A DNA stretch of 45,900 bases from Bacteroidota bacterium (GTDB taxonomy: Bacteria; Bacteroidota; Bacteroidia; UKL13-3). The position numbers and the translations under genes were made by a program. Shown one piece after another: positions 7,601 to 22,600 of this stretch. Below the pieces are notes generated by a model. The model saw only the letters and a program-made list of their open reading frames with translations. It was not told the DNA's origin and did not search any database. Position 1 is the stretch's first letter, and each line of letters begins with the position of its first letter. The stretch is taken from positions 1 to 45,900 of the forward strand of contig JANMIV010000180.1 in assembly GCA_031375995.1 (NCBI GenBank). Direction: 5' to 3'.

Positions 7601-10600
7601 CAAATCCAGTTGTGATTACGACATCTGGCGCACCAACTATTGTAAGCGTAACAGGTTCAAATCTGAGTTCTTGCACTATCAATAATGGTCAAATTAGTAT
7701 CGTAGCAAGTGGTTCGGGTGGACCTTTCCGTTACAGTATTGATAACGGAGCGACCTACCAAACATCGCCATTTTTTGCAAGTCTGAGCGTAGGAACGTAT
7801 GCTATTAAAGTTACAGATGCAAGCGGCACTTGTGCTTCAACGGCTTCAACTGTAAATTTAACAGCTCCAAGTACACCAACTATTGTAAGCGTAATTCCTT
7901 CTAATACAACAGATTGTAATTTAAATAATGGTTCTATTTTAATAAATGCAACTAATGCAACGGCAGCAATGGAATACAGTTTAGATGGCTTTAATTGGCA
8001 AACATCAAACGTATTTAATGGTTTAGCGGCAGCGTCATATTTAGTAAGAGTAAGAACTGCAAATACATCTTGTGCAGTGACAGCAGCAGCTCCAATTGCT
8101 GTAAATATGCCTGCAATGCCAACTGTTCAAACTGTTACAACAGTTACTCCTTCTACTTGCGCTTTGGCAAATGGTTCTATCAATATTGCAGCGTCAGGTG
8201 GAAATGGAAATTTTGAATACAGCATAAATAATGGTGCAACATGGCAGTCTTCGCCTAATTTTGCTAACTTAGCATCAGGTACCTATTTTGTAGCAGTACG
8301 TACTTCGGGTACGGCTTGTTCAAAACCTTTTGCAGGAAATCCTGTGGTATTAAACATGACACAAGCACCAGCGATTACAGCTTTGGCAAAAATAAATACA
8401 AGCAATTGTGGTGTAAATGATGGTCAAATTGTAATAACAGCAGCAGGAAATGGCACATTGGAATACAGCGTAAACAATGGTACAACTTTCCAAGCGAGCA
8501 ATACTTTTTCAGCATTAGCTGCAGGAACTTACAACATTATGGTAAGAACAACGAACAATACAGCTTGTACTTCGGTTGTTCCAAACTGTGTAATTCCTAC
8601 GCTTACACAACCTTCGGTAAATAATTTTTCAGTAACACCTACAAGCGATTGCGCTCAAAATAATGGTACAATTAGTATCAACGCATCAGGCGGTGTTGCT
8701 CCTTTACAATACAGTATAAATGGTACAACTTGGCAATCAAGCAATGTCTTTGTCGGTGTAGCAGCAGGATCATACACTTTACGTGTTCGCAATGCAAATG
8801 GTTCTTGTGCAAATACAGGCAATACTCAAGCAGTAATCAGCGCACCAGCTTCGCCAAGTATAACCTCAGCAACAGCAACAGGCGCAACTTGCGGACAAAC
8901 GAATGGTTCAATTACAATTATTGCCAATTCTCCTTCGGGCGTTAGCGGCTTACAATATTCTATCAATAATATTGCTTGGCAAACGTCAAATATTTTTACC
9001 AACGTAGCGGCAGGAACTTATACGGCTTATGTTAGAAATGCCAGCGCAACTTGTACTGCAACTTCTACTTCAACTGTTACCGTTCTTCAAACAGCTGGTG
9101 CAAATATTACAGCGGTTAGCATCACAAATTCAAATACTTGTGCATCGCCAAACGGTATAATTTCAATTACAGCAAATGGTGGAATAACGCCATTGTCATA
9201 CTCTATTGATGGTGGAATAAATTTCCAAACATCAAATACATTCAATAATGTAGCAGCTGGAATGTACGAAATTGTAGTAAGAAATGCCAGTGGAACTTGT
9301 CCAGCGGTACTTTCTCCAATTACAGTTACAGCTCCGACAGCACCAAGTATTGTAACTACTATCAGTACCAATCCTTTGGGTTGTAATCAGGGTAATGGCT
9401 CTATACAAATTTTAGCAAATGCGTTGCCTTTGGGTTTAGGAGGATTATTAGAATACAGCCTTGATGGCAGTATTTGGCAAACATCAAATCTATTTAATAA
9501 TCTGACAGGTGGTTCATATACGGCTCTTGCTCGTAATAGCGGTAATACAACGTGTACTACAAGTGCCAATGCACCAGTAGTTTTGACACCTAACGCAACA
9601 GCTCCAACGATTAGTAATATTTCAAAAACAAACCCAAGTTCTTGTGGTGCATCAAACGGTACTATTACTGTTTTAGCCTCAGGAACTGGCGGATTAGAAT
9701 ACTCTATTGATAATATTCATTGGCAAAATGCAAATTTATTCTCAAATTTAGCAGCAGGCTCATACAATGTTTTTGTTAGAAATGCCAATGGCACTTGTCC
9801 AGTGGCTTATAGCTTAAACCCTGTTGTATTAAACGTGAGTGGAGGATTATCTATCACAAATGTGAATGGTACAAATCCAAGTAACTGTGGTACAAATGAC
9901 GGTTCAATTGCAATTTCAGCAACTGGCTCAGGCGCTCCATATCGTTACTCTATCAATGGCGGCGGATCATTCCAAAATTCTTCTGTCTTTACAGGTTTAG
10001 CCGCAGGCGTTTATAATATCGTAGTGACGATGTCAAATGGAGATTGTCCAACGACTGCACCTGTATTGACATTAACTGCACCATCAGCACCTACTTTGGT
10101 AAGCAGCGCAAGCACAAATCCAACAAGTTGTGTAAATAATGACGGTACAATTACTATCAATGCAATAGGAGGAACAGCTCCTTACGAGTATAGTTTAGAC
10201 GGTAATATTTGGCAAAATTCAAATGTATTTGTAGGTTTAGCAGCAGGTTCGTACACTACTCGTGTACGCAATGCCAACGCTTCGTGTGTAGTTTCATCAT
10301 CAAATGCAATTATACTGATAGCACCAGCATCACCTACGATTTCAAGTTTTTCAAAGACAGACCCGAGTTCTTGTAGTACAGCAAATGGCTCTATTACAAT
10401 TATAACGAGTGCATCAAATGTAGAATTTTCAATAAATAATACGACTTGGCAAGCATCAAATATTTTTTCGGGTTTAAGCGGTGGTTCATATACAGCATAC
10501 ATTCGCAATAATAACGGTACTTGTAAAACAACATACAATACGCCAATTGTTTTGAACGCAGGTGGCGCACATAGTATTGCTAATGTAAGTGTAACAAATC

Positions 10601-13600
10601 CAAGTGATTGTGCTAAAAACGATGGTCAAATCAGCATCACAGTAAATGGTGCAGGCGGACCATTCCGATACAGCATCAACAATGGTACTACATTTCAGTC
10701 ATCGCCAATGTTTAGTGGTTTGGCAGCAGGTTCTTATAGTATTGTTGTAACAGATGCAAGTGGAGTTTGTTCTGCATCATCACCGTCAGTGGTTATTACA
10801 GCACCAAGCGCACCAAGTATTTTATCCGTAACACCTACACCTACATCAGATTGTAGTTTGTCAGACGGAGAAATAAATGTTACAGCAACGTTTGTTGCGC
10901 CTTCTACAGCGGGACAATACAGTATAGATGGTATCAATTGGCAAACTTCTAATAATTTTACAAACGTAGCTTCGGGCGCATATTTAGTACGTGTACGCAA
11001 TGCAAACGGTTCTTGTACTGTTGTTGGAAATACACCAATTATCGTAACAACACCAGCACAAGCAACTATAACAAACGTTAGCTCAACAGCTCCTGCAACT
11101 TGCGGTCAAAATACAGGTACAATTACCGTGTCAGCAACAGGTGGCGCAGGTCAATTAGAGTATTCTATTGACCAAACCAACTGGGGTACAAATACGGTGT
11201 TTACAGGTTTAGCATCAGGTACTTATTATGTTTTTGTTAGAAATCAAGACAACTCTTGTTCAAAACCTTACGGTGGAAATCCAGTAGTTATTAATGCTAC
11301 GGGCGCACCTCAAATTACAAATGTAACTAAAACAGTACCAACGAATTGTAACGTAAATGATGGTAAAATTATCATCACAACTTCTGCGTCTTCAAGTGTT
11401 TTAGAATACAGTATCAATAATGGTGCAAACTACCAAGCGTCTAATACGTTCAACGGATTAGCGTCAGGTACTTATAACATAACAGTAAGAATTGTTGGCG
11501 GAAATACAACTTGTACATCAAGTGTTCCAAATTGTGTAATCCCAACACTAACTCAACCCAATATTTCAAACGTAATCGCTTCAAATCCAAGTGATTGTGC
11601 TTTAAATAACGGAACAATTACCATCGTTGCAAACGGTGGAGTAGCTCCTTTACAATATTCTATCAATGGTTCACAATGGCAATCGAGCAACGTATTTTCA
11701 AATGTAGCCGCAGGGTCTTACAGTGTAAAAGTACGCAACTCAAATGGCTCTTGTGAATATACAAATACAGCAGCAACGGTTTTAGTTCAACCATCTGCAC
11801 CAAGCAATGTAACAGCTACTACGACACCTGCAACTTGCGGTCAAACAAACGGTTCTGTTACAGTAAGTGCAACGGCTTCTTCGGGAGCAGAATATTCTAT
11901 CAACGGAATTCAGTGGCAAACAGCAACTTTATTTAGCAATGTAGCTGCAGGAACTTATACTGTTTTTGCAAGAAACACCAACGGAACGTGCCAAACACAG
12001 GGTGTTTCTACTGCAACAGTTTCACAAACAGGTGGTTCGAATATTTCAAACGTAACAGTTACAAATTCAGTTACTTGTGGTTCAAATAGTGGTCAAATCG
12101 TAATCAATGCGAATGGAGGAACTGCACCTTTGCAATACTCAATCAATGGTGGTCAAACTTACCAAGCGTCTAATATTTTCAATAATTTAGCAGCAGGTAC
12201 ATATAATATTGTAGCAAGCAACAGCAATGGAACTTGTTCAGCAGTATTAAGCCCAATTACTTTGATAGCACCTACTACACCAAATTTAGTAGCTGCAATA
12301 ACTTCAAATCCAACAGCTTGTAACCTTAACGACGGTACTTTGACTGTTTTAGCAACAGGAAATGGAGGTTTGGAATACAGCACAAACGGTACTTCTTGGC
12401 AAACGTCAAATGTATTTACAGGTTTGGCAGCAGGCAGCTACATCGTAAGAGTTCGTGCAGCAGGCAGCGCAACTTGTGTTACAAGTGCAAGTACGCCAAG
12501 TGTTTTGGTAGCACCAACAGCACCAAGTATTACAAACGTAAATTCAACCAATCCATCTTCTTGCGGAGGTACAAATGGTTCTATAACGGTTACAGCTTCG
12601 CCAAGTCAAAATGTGCAATACTCTTTAAATGGTATTGTTTGGCAAAATACAGGTATTTTTAGTGGTTTAGGAGCAGGCTCTTATACCGTCCAAATTCGTA
12701 ACGCAAACGGTACTTGCTTAGTAACAAATCCTTCACAAGTAGTATTAAATGCCACGGGAGGTCCTCAGATTGCAACCACATTGGTCGTAAATTCTGACGA
12801 TTGTAATATTTTAAATAATGGAAAAATAACTGTTTTAGCAAATGGTGGAGTAGGGCAGTTGCAATACAAAATCAGTAGCGCAAACGCTTATCAAATTTCA
12901 AATATTTTTACCAACTTAGCAGCAGGAAATTACAGCATCACAGTAACTGATGCGTCAGGTCTTTGCCAAACGACAACAACAGCAACTTTGACAGGCCCAA
13001 CTGCGCCACAAACGCCAGTAGCATCTGCAACGCCTGTGACAAATTGTGCTATGCAAAATGGTACGATTACAGTAAGCGCACCAATAGGTGTAAATTACGA
13101 ATACAGCATCAATAACGGACTTTCTTGGCAAACAGCTACTACATTTACTAACGTAGCAGCAGGAAACTACATCGTAACAGTACGTACCAGAAATACAAAT
13201 TGTAAATCAGAAAGTACAGTTATCAATGTTGGAAGTCCAGCAGTACCAACTTTTGGTACGGTTGATGTGAACTTTGGAATTTCAGGTTGTAGTATTACAA
13301 ACGGTACAATCGTTGTAAATACTTCAAATACAGGCAATTGGGAATATTCTATAGACAATGGTTTGACTTGGCAAGCAAGCAAAACATTCAGCAATGTAGC
13401 GCAAGGCTCTTACAATGTAATGGTACGTAGTGTAGGCACGCCTATCGCTTGTGCTGTGGCTTATGTAGGAAATCCTATTGCTTTAACTGCACCGAAAGCA
13501 CCAACTGTTTTAGCTATTTTAACCGAACAAGCAACAGTTTGTAACGGTACAGACGGTAAAATTACAATTACAGCAACAGCTAACTCTACGTTAGAATATT

Positions 13601-16600
13601 CTATCAATAATGGAACAAGTTATCAAGCGTCAAACGTTTTTGCAAATTTAAGCGCAGGAACTTATACGATTTTGGTACGTGATGCAGCTTCTTGTACAAG
13701 TAGCGGCGGACAAGTTGTTATTTCAGGCAGCACAACGCCAACTGCAATTGCAGTAGCAACAGCGCAAATGTCTGATTGTAACAAAAACGACGCAACCATT
13801 ACAGTAACAAATGTAATAGGCGGAACAGCTCCTTACGAATACAGCTTAAATGGTACAACTTGGCAAACTTCTTCTACATTTACAAGTGTAGCAGCAGGAA
13901 ATTATACCGTTCGTGTACGAAATGTAGGCTCAAATTGTGTTTTCACAAACTCAACATCTACTGCAATCAACACTTTAAACGCACCAACTATCAATAACAT
14001 TACACCAACAAGTGCAACTTGTGGTCAAAATAATGGACAAATTGTAGCGTCGGGAAGTGTAGGAGCGTTATTTTCTATTGATGGTATAAACTACCAAAAT
14101 ACAGGAACTTTTGCTAATCTCGCATCAGGTACTTATACGGTATTTATTCAAAATGCAAATAATACTTGTACGACAGCAGCAGCAACACCAATTGTGTTGT
14201 CTTCTGTATCAGCACCAACGATAAGCAGCGTAACAACTACCAATCCAACAGAATGTAACTTAACAAATGGTACAATTACGATAAACGCAACTTTCCCTTC
14301 GGGAGCAGCAGGTGCATCGTATTCTATAGACGGAGGTTTAAATTTCCAAGGTAGCAATGTCTTTAATAACATCGCTGCTGGTACTTATCCTATTGTAGTA
14401 AAAGGTTCTGGCGCAAGCGCAGCTTGTCCTGTAACTTACAGTCCTGTAAAAATAACCGCACCAAGCGCACCTCGTATTGTGGTCGTTGTTAGTACAAACC
14501 CAACATCTTGTGTTAATGACGGAAAAATATCCGTAATTGCAAACGACGGTACAGCACCATTACAATATAGCTTAGACGGTATTACTTGGCAAGATAGCAA
14601 AGATTTTACAGGTTTAGCAGCAGGTTCATACACAGTTCGTGTACGTAATTTGAATACTTCTTGTGTAAAAACGGCTAATAATGCAACTGTTTTAGTAGCA
14701 CCTAACGGCATATCAATCAGCAATGTTGCTAAGACAGACCCTACAACTTGTATCGCATCAAACGGTACGATAACAATTACAGCAGGAGTTGGAGGAGCAC
14801 AATATTCTATTGATAATATTCACTGGCAAACGGCAAATGTATTCAATAATTTGCCAGCAGGAGCTTATACAGCTTACATTCGTAATGCTGATGGTACTTG
14901 TGAAACGCCTTACTCAGCAAATCCAATTGTACTCAATGGTACAGGAGCACCAGTTATTACAGCAGTTCAAAAAACAGATGTAACAGACTGTAATTTAGCA
15001 AATGGTTCTATTACCATTCAAATTGCAGGTAGTGTTGCACAATTCAAATACAGTATTGACAATGGCGCTACTTACCAATTGTCACAATATTTCTCAGGTT
15101 TGACCGCAGGAACTTACAATATAAAAGTAACTGACTTGGCAGGAAATTGTCCAGCAGTTATTCCAAATATGGTAGTTTCTTCGCCAATTGCTGCCAATAT
15201 TACGGCAGTAAATGCAGTACCTACAAGCAACTGTGGCGTAAACAATGGCTCTATTTCAATAACAGCTACATTTAGCTCAGGAAATGGAGGATTGTACAGC
15301 ATTGACAACGGTGCAAACTGGACAAGCAGCAACGTATTTAATAATTTAGCCGCAGGCTCATATATTATTAAAGTAAAAAATGCGGACGGCAAATGTGAGC
15401 AAATTTATCCAACAGCAGTAGAAGTAAAAGAGCCTACAAAACCAACTTTCGTAAGCGTAACACAGGTAGATCCTTTGGCTTGTGGACTAAACACGGGTTC
15501 AATTACCGTCGCAGCAACGGGTGGAACAGGTACTTTTGAATACAGTATAAACGGTACAACTTGGCAAGCAAGTGGTTCATTTACAAATCTTACAGCAGGA
15601 GCATATACTGTTGCTGTTCGTAATGCAGGAAGCAATTGTCCTGTTCAATACGCAGGTTTAGTAAATATTGCAGCACCTCCTGCACCAAGTATTATAAGTG
15701 TTTTGTCTAAAAATCCTACTACTTGTAGTGGTAATAATGGCGAAATAAAAATTACAGCAACTTCTGCTACATCAGGTAACGGATTAGAATACAGTATCAA
15801 CGGTTCAAACTATCAAAGTTCAAATACCTTTACAGGTTTATCAACAGGTACTTATAATATTTTAGTTAGAAATGTAGGTGGCACGTGTCCAGTTACTTAT
15901 CCAGCTGTGAGTATTACAGCACCAGTAGCACCAATAATTAATGCTACAATTCCAACAGCAGTTTCTGACTGCAACGGCAATGACGGTAAAATTATCGTAG
16001 GCGCATCGTCAAGTTCCGCTTTGGGATTAGAATACAGCATCGATGGTACAAATTGGTCGGCTTCTAATTTCTTAATGAATTTAGTGGCAGGAACATATAC
16101 TGTTCGTGTTCGTGATTTAGGTACAACTTGTATTGCGACCTCAGCACCTGTAACAGTTTTACAACCTAATAACCTAACTGTTATTAATAATGTTGCAAAA
16201 ATAAACCCAACAGGTTGTGGTAAAAATGATGGTTCAATTACAATTACAGCAACGCCTAACGCTGGCGTAATGTACACTATTGACGGTATCAATTGGACTA
16301 CAAACAATACTTTCAACAACTTAGCAGCAGGTTCTTACACGATAAAAGTTAGAAATGCAAATGGTACTTGTCCAGTGTCTTACAGCGCACTTACAATTTT
16401 AACGCCAGGGCCAATTTCTCCACAAATTACAAATGTAACTATTACAAATGTAAGTGATTGCGCTGCAAATGACGGAAAACTTGAAATCACCGCAACATTC
16501 GGTGCTACAACAGGAGCGTTAAATAAATACTCTATTGACGGTGGTGTAACGTTCCAAAGTTCAAATACTTTTACAGGTTTAGCAGCTCGATATTATGATA

Positions 16601-19600
16601 TTGTAGTTCGCAACAACGATGGTTCTTGCTCTACTTTATTTATTCCTGCAGAAATTAAAAAACCTGCAACACCAGCTTTGGTAACAGCTATTTTGACAAA
16701 ACCGTCAGATTGCTCTATTCCAAATGCTAAAATTACAGTATTGGCTTCGGGTGGTATTAGCCCTTTACAATACTCTATTGACAATGGTGCAACTTGGACA
16801 ACAAATAATGTATTCGGTGGTCTTGCGCCAGGGTATTACTACGTAAAAATTAGAAATGCCAATGGTACTTGTACGCAGACTTACGGACCAAATCCTGTAA
16901 AATCTTGTGAATTTGACTTAGCATTGCGTAAAACGCTTACCAATAAAGCAGATAGCGTAACTCGTTTAGGTCGTGATATTGATTTTACAATTAAAATATT
17001 TAACCAAGGTGCAGTAGCGGCAAAAGATATAGAAGTAGTAGATTATTTACCAAAAGGTACAGTATTAAGTCCGAAAGATCAAAATGGTTGGTCGATGTTG
17101 CCACAAGTAGCAGGCACAACCGTGAACTCAAATACGATTTTTGATCCTTCATTGCCTTTAAAAGCAAAGAAAATTATTACGCAAACTATTCAACCAGGCG
17201 ATAGCGCAGTAGTTCAAATTAAGTTAAGAATTATGTTTGGTGGTGCTTTTGCAAAATTAACAAATGTTGCCGAAATAGCAGGAGCAAAAGATGAAGCGGG
17301 CGTATTCCGTCAAGATGGAGACTCTACTCCTGATGATACAAAAGGTAACGATAAAGAAGTAGATGATGCAATAGACGATAAAGGTATCGTAGATGAAGAT
17401 GATGAAGATCCAGCACCTTTCAAATTAGATGATTATGATCCGCATGGTTACATTTATTGTGACAAAGCAGGTACACTGATGAAAGGTGGTAAAATTCAAT
17501 TGCTTACTGCACCAGTAGGTGGAGCAATTTACTTTGCAACTGATAACAATGGTATTCCAATTGATGGTCGTAATGGTGTTTATCAATTCTTTACAAACGG
17601 TGTTCCTGGTAATTACAACATTACTTATGTAAATCCAAACGGCTATACATTGAGTACGATGGTATTGCCACAAGCAGGTTCATTTAATCCAGCAGGTACA
17701 GACAATACAGCAATTGATAAAGACGGTATAGCAAATAACATCGTAGTTTTAGGTTCTTTGGAGCAAGCAGATACTTTATCAAATAAAGCACCTGTGGCAA
17801 ACCCTTATTATTTGTCATTTACTTTCAATGCAAACGAAACAACTATTATTTCTCATAATAATATTCCTGTTTCTTGTGCTTGCGTAACAGCAACAGTTTG
17901 TGCAGATACCAATGGCGATGGCGCACCAACAGCAGGCGAGCCAGGCATAAACGGTGTTACCGTAGAACTATACAGTTGTACAACAAACGCCTTATTACAA
18001 ACAGCCGTTACTTCAAACGGAGGTAAGTATAAATTTAGCGGTTTATTGGCAGGGAACTATAAATTGAAATTTACTTTAGCAAATGGTTATAGCTATGCAA
18101 CAAACGCAAGTGGACAAACAGTAGGTATTGATAATCAAGGAAATACGCCTTGTTTTGTCTTAGACTACGCAGGTTGTCAAGAAAGAACAGCTTGTTTGAA
18201 GGCTTGCCCAACGATTACAATTTCTCCAAACGTTACTATTTGTGCTGGTTCAAGCACCGTATTAGCAGCAACAGGTGGAAATGGTACATTCTCATGGTCG
18301 CCAGCAGCAGGATTAAATGCGACAAGTGTCGCAAGTGTAACAGCTACGCCAAACGCAACAACAGTTTATACGGTTACTTCGACAGGCGCAGGTTGTACAT
18401 CAATAGCTTCTGTGACAGTAACAGTCGTAACGCCACCTGCAAGTAATTTTACAATTAATGTAAATCAACCTTCAACTTGTACTAATGCGAATGGTTCTAT
18501 TACCGTAAACGCAACAGGCACAGGCTTGGAGTACAGCATAAATGATGGAAATACTTGGCAAGCGTCAAATATATTTAGTGGCTTAGCCTCAGGTTCTTAT
18601 GCGGTAAAAATACGTAATGCAGGTTCTCAATGTGCTGTAAGTTACGCAAGCAATCCAGTAGATTTAACACCAGCAAGCGCACCAAATATTACAAATGCAA
18701 CAGCTGTAAATCCTACAAATTGTACAACGCCAAATGGCTCTATCAACATCACCGCAAACGGTGGTTCAGGAGCTTTGCAGTACAGTATCAACAATGGACT
18801 AAGCTACCAAACAAGTAATTTATTTACAAATTTGGCAGCAGGTACGTATCAGATAAAGGTTAAAAACGGCAATGGTTCTTGCGAAAGCTCTTATCCAAAT
18901 GTTGTTTTAACGAACAATATACCTGTCATTAACGCTGTAAATGTCGTTTCAGATTGTGCAAACAACAACCGTAGCATTACGATTTTAGCTTCGGGCGGTG
19001 TTTCTCCTTTGGAATATAGCATCAACGGTGGTACAACTTGGACAACCAATAATGTATTTACAGGTCTTGCACCAGGTACTTACAATGTAGCAGTTCGCAA
19101 TTTTAACGGTACTTGTGTTGTAAATTACACACAAAACCCGATTACGATGTGTATCTACGATTTGGCTTTAAGCAAAAAATTAGCAGCAGGTCAATCAGGT
19201 TTAGTACGTTTGGGCGATATTGTAAACTACGAAATTACAGTTATCAATCAAGGTGGAAATCCTGTGAAAGATGTACAAGTAGTGGATTATTTGCCACAAG
19301 GAATGCAACTTTCTCCAGCAGGTAACAATGGTTGGGTCCAAACAAGCACAGATATGGTAATAAATACCATTTCTTCTACCATTGCAGCTGGTCAAAGTGT
19401 AGTGCTGAATATGGCAGTTCAATTAGTATATGGTAGCCCAAATACTTCTTTGAAAAACGTTGCGGAGATAAAATCAATGAAAGACGTAAATGGCAATCCT
19501 GTAACGGATATCGACTCTACGCCAGACATGATAAAAGGCAACGACAACGAAAAGGACAATGTTATCAACGAAAATGGTAAAAATAACCCAAGCGACGATG

Positions 19601-22600
19601 AAGATGACAGTGATTTTGAAGATATTTTACTCGATAATTTTGACCCAAGCGGTTATATTTATTGTGAAAAAACAGGTAAAATAATCACAGGTGGAAAGCT
19701 CAAATTGGTTTCTGCACCAGCAGGTGGAGATGTATTTTTCTCAACAGATGCCAATGGTATTTTATTGGATGGTTCGACAGGTATGTATCAAGTATTTACC
19801 AACGGTGTAAGTGGAAATTATACATTTACTTACGTACACCCGAACGGTTATCCATTAAGTACAACTTGTTTGCCAGAAGCAGGTTCATTTAATCCAAAAG
19901 GAAAAGATGGCGATGCTGTGTATGACAAAGACGGCGCTGTAAACGGTACAATTCACTTAGGTTCAGTAGCAAACAACGGTTACATTGCAAATAAATCTTG
20001 TGCAGCAAACAAATATTTCTTGTCATTTACTTTAGAAAAAGACGAAAAAGTATTGATTGCGACCAACAACCTTCCAGTATCTTGTGCTATTATTTCAGGT
20101 ACTATCAAGGACTGCAAAACACAAGCAGGAGTAAGCGGTATGGATGTAAAAATCTACGATTGTAACTCTACAACAGGTGTAGCATTTGCTTTTGGAAAAA
20201 CTGATGCCAACGGAAATTATATTTTTGATGGCTTAAAAACAGGTAAGTATAAAATACAAATCGTAGGTGCTTCGGGACAAATTATCCAAGGTGGTAAGTT
20301 TGACCAATCGGGAACTTCGGCTTGTATAGACATCAAATACGGCGAAATGATTATGGACTTGAACGCTTGTTTAAGCACTTGCCCGACCATCAACAACGTA
20401 TTGACTGTACAACCTTGGTGTCCTAAAAACAATGGTGTAATCATCATTGATGCAGTTTGCCAAGGCGATTTAGAATACAGTATTGATGGTGGAAAAACGT
20501 ATCAGCACCTCAACGCATTTATGAATCTTGCGCCAGGTTCTTACACGATAAAAGTAAAATCGTCAGGTTGTGAGCAAGATTACAAGAGTGTAATTGTTCT
20601 CGCTTGCGAAAACGATAACACAGGCGGAAAAGGTTCTATCTCTGGAAAAACATTCAAATCTTGTAGCGATAGCGGCATCAAAGGTGCAAACAAAGGTTTA
20701 GCAAACGTGAAAGTGACCTTGACTTCAAGTACAGGTACAACTCAAAACGCTATAACAAACGCAACAGGTTTATACAACTTTACAAACGTAGAAGCTGGTG
20801 CGTACTCGATTACTTTTGAAAAAGCAACAGGTTTTGATTTTGCAAAACAAAATCAAGGCAACGATGACGCAAACGATAGCGATGTAGATGCTTCTGGAAA
20901 AACAACAATTAACGTAGCAGCAAACCAATTGTTAGACAATGTTGATGCAGGTTATAAAGATGTTCAAGCACCAGTTCTGACTTTTATCCATCCTTTATTG
21001 GTAGGTAAAAAAGACGGCGAAACCGTCTATATGGAATGTGGTTTTGAAGAAGTTTTAAAAGAAATGCACGCTACGGCAAAAGACAATTGTGACCCGAATC
21101 CAAGCATTAAAATGGAAGACGGTTTGGCAGTCGTGAGCAAAGAATGCAGCAAAGATGGATTTTTGGTAAAAATGTATTGCGGTTGGATAGCAACAGACGA
21201 GTGTGGCAATAAGTCGCAAACTTGGTTGTACATCGTGGTTCGTGATACACAAGCTCCAACTTTGTCAGGCGTTCCTGCGAGCACAACAATTGGCGAAAAA
21301 GATGTTGTTCCTGCTGCTGCAAATGTGACAGCAACGGATAAGTGTGATACAGGTGTAAAAGCTGTTTTTGCAGAAACCAAAAATGGAAATATCATCACAC
21401 GCACTTGGACAGCAACCGACCAATGTGGCAACAAAACAACTGCTACACAAGTCATTACGATTAAAAAAGACAACGCTGGCCCTTGTACCATTAGTGTAAC
21501 ACCAGTTCCAGTAACTTATGCAGCTTCATGTGCGGGTAAAGACGGCAAGGCGAAAATAACGCCAAGCAACTACACCTACAAATGGGCAGATGGTGTTATC
21601 GGAGATACTCGTTTAGATTTGGACAAAGGAACATACAGCGTAACGGCAACAGATGCCAATGGTTGTACTGCAATTTTTAACGTAATCATAAAAGACGGTT
21701 GTACGTTTACAGGTTTAGCATTTGCTAAAAAAGGCGAAATTCGTCAAGTAGCTTGTGGAAATCCGCAAAACGAATATTGTTTAGATTTTGATTTTGCAAC
21801 TTTCGTAACAGAGTACAAATTGCTTGAAAACGGACAGCCTTATGCCAATAAAATTCAGCCTTGCGTGATGCAATCACATGGAGAATACTCTCTTGCTGGT
21901 TTGATAAACGTTCCTTTGAGTGTTCAAGATTGGACAGTTGCTGGTCAGAAAGTGATATTTAGCTTTGCTAACTTAGATGATTTGGCGGCTAAAATGAACC
22001 AATACGACAGCAACGGCGGTTGGAAAATAAATGCTTTGGACGAGAAAATTTACAACGAGAATTTTGATAAAAAACGTTACGGCGACCTTACAATTGGCAA
22101 TACTAATTTGGGTGTAAAATGGATTATGCAAGCAAGTTCATTCTCTATTCCAAAAGGTATAAAACTAATGGTAAGCGGCATGGGTAAGCACGAAATTGTT
22201 TTGGCACACAAAACAAAACCTTACCAAGATACGATGCGCATACAGTTTGCTTGTACTACTCCTCAAACCTTCAATGTTATACTTGACGAAGGCGATATAG
22301 AAGGCGTGGATATTGCAACTACAGAATTAGTAGGTATAAAATGCACTATGGAACAACACGAAATAGACGGATTGAGCAATTCAGCCGAGTTCCGTGGTAC
22401 ACTTCGTGGCGCAGCATCTATGGTAATGGTAACAGGTATGCACGTCGGTGAAAAACGTACGATGTACACCATGTGCGACGAATACGGTATTTGCGATACA
22501 GCTGAAATCCGTGTTTTGGTACGTGAAAAAATAAAAGAAGAGGAAGTTGTAGATAAATACATAAAAGTATATAACGGATTTTCTCCTAACGGCGATGGTC

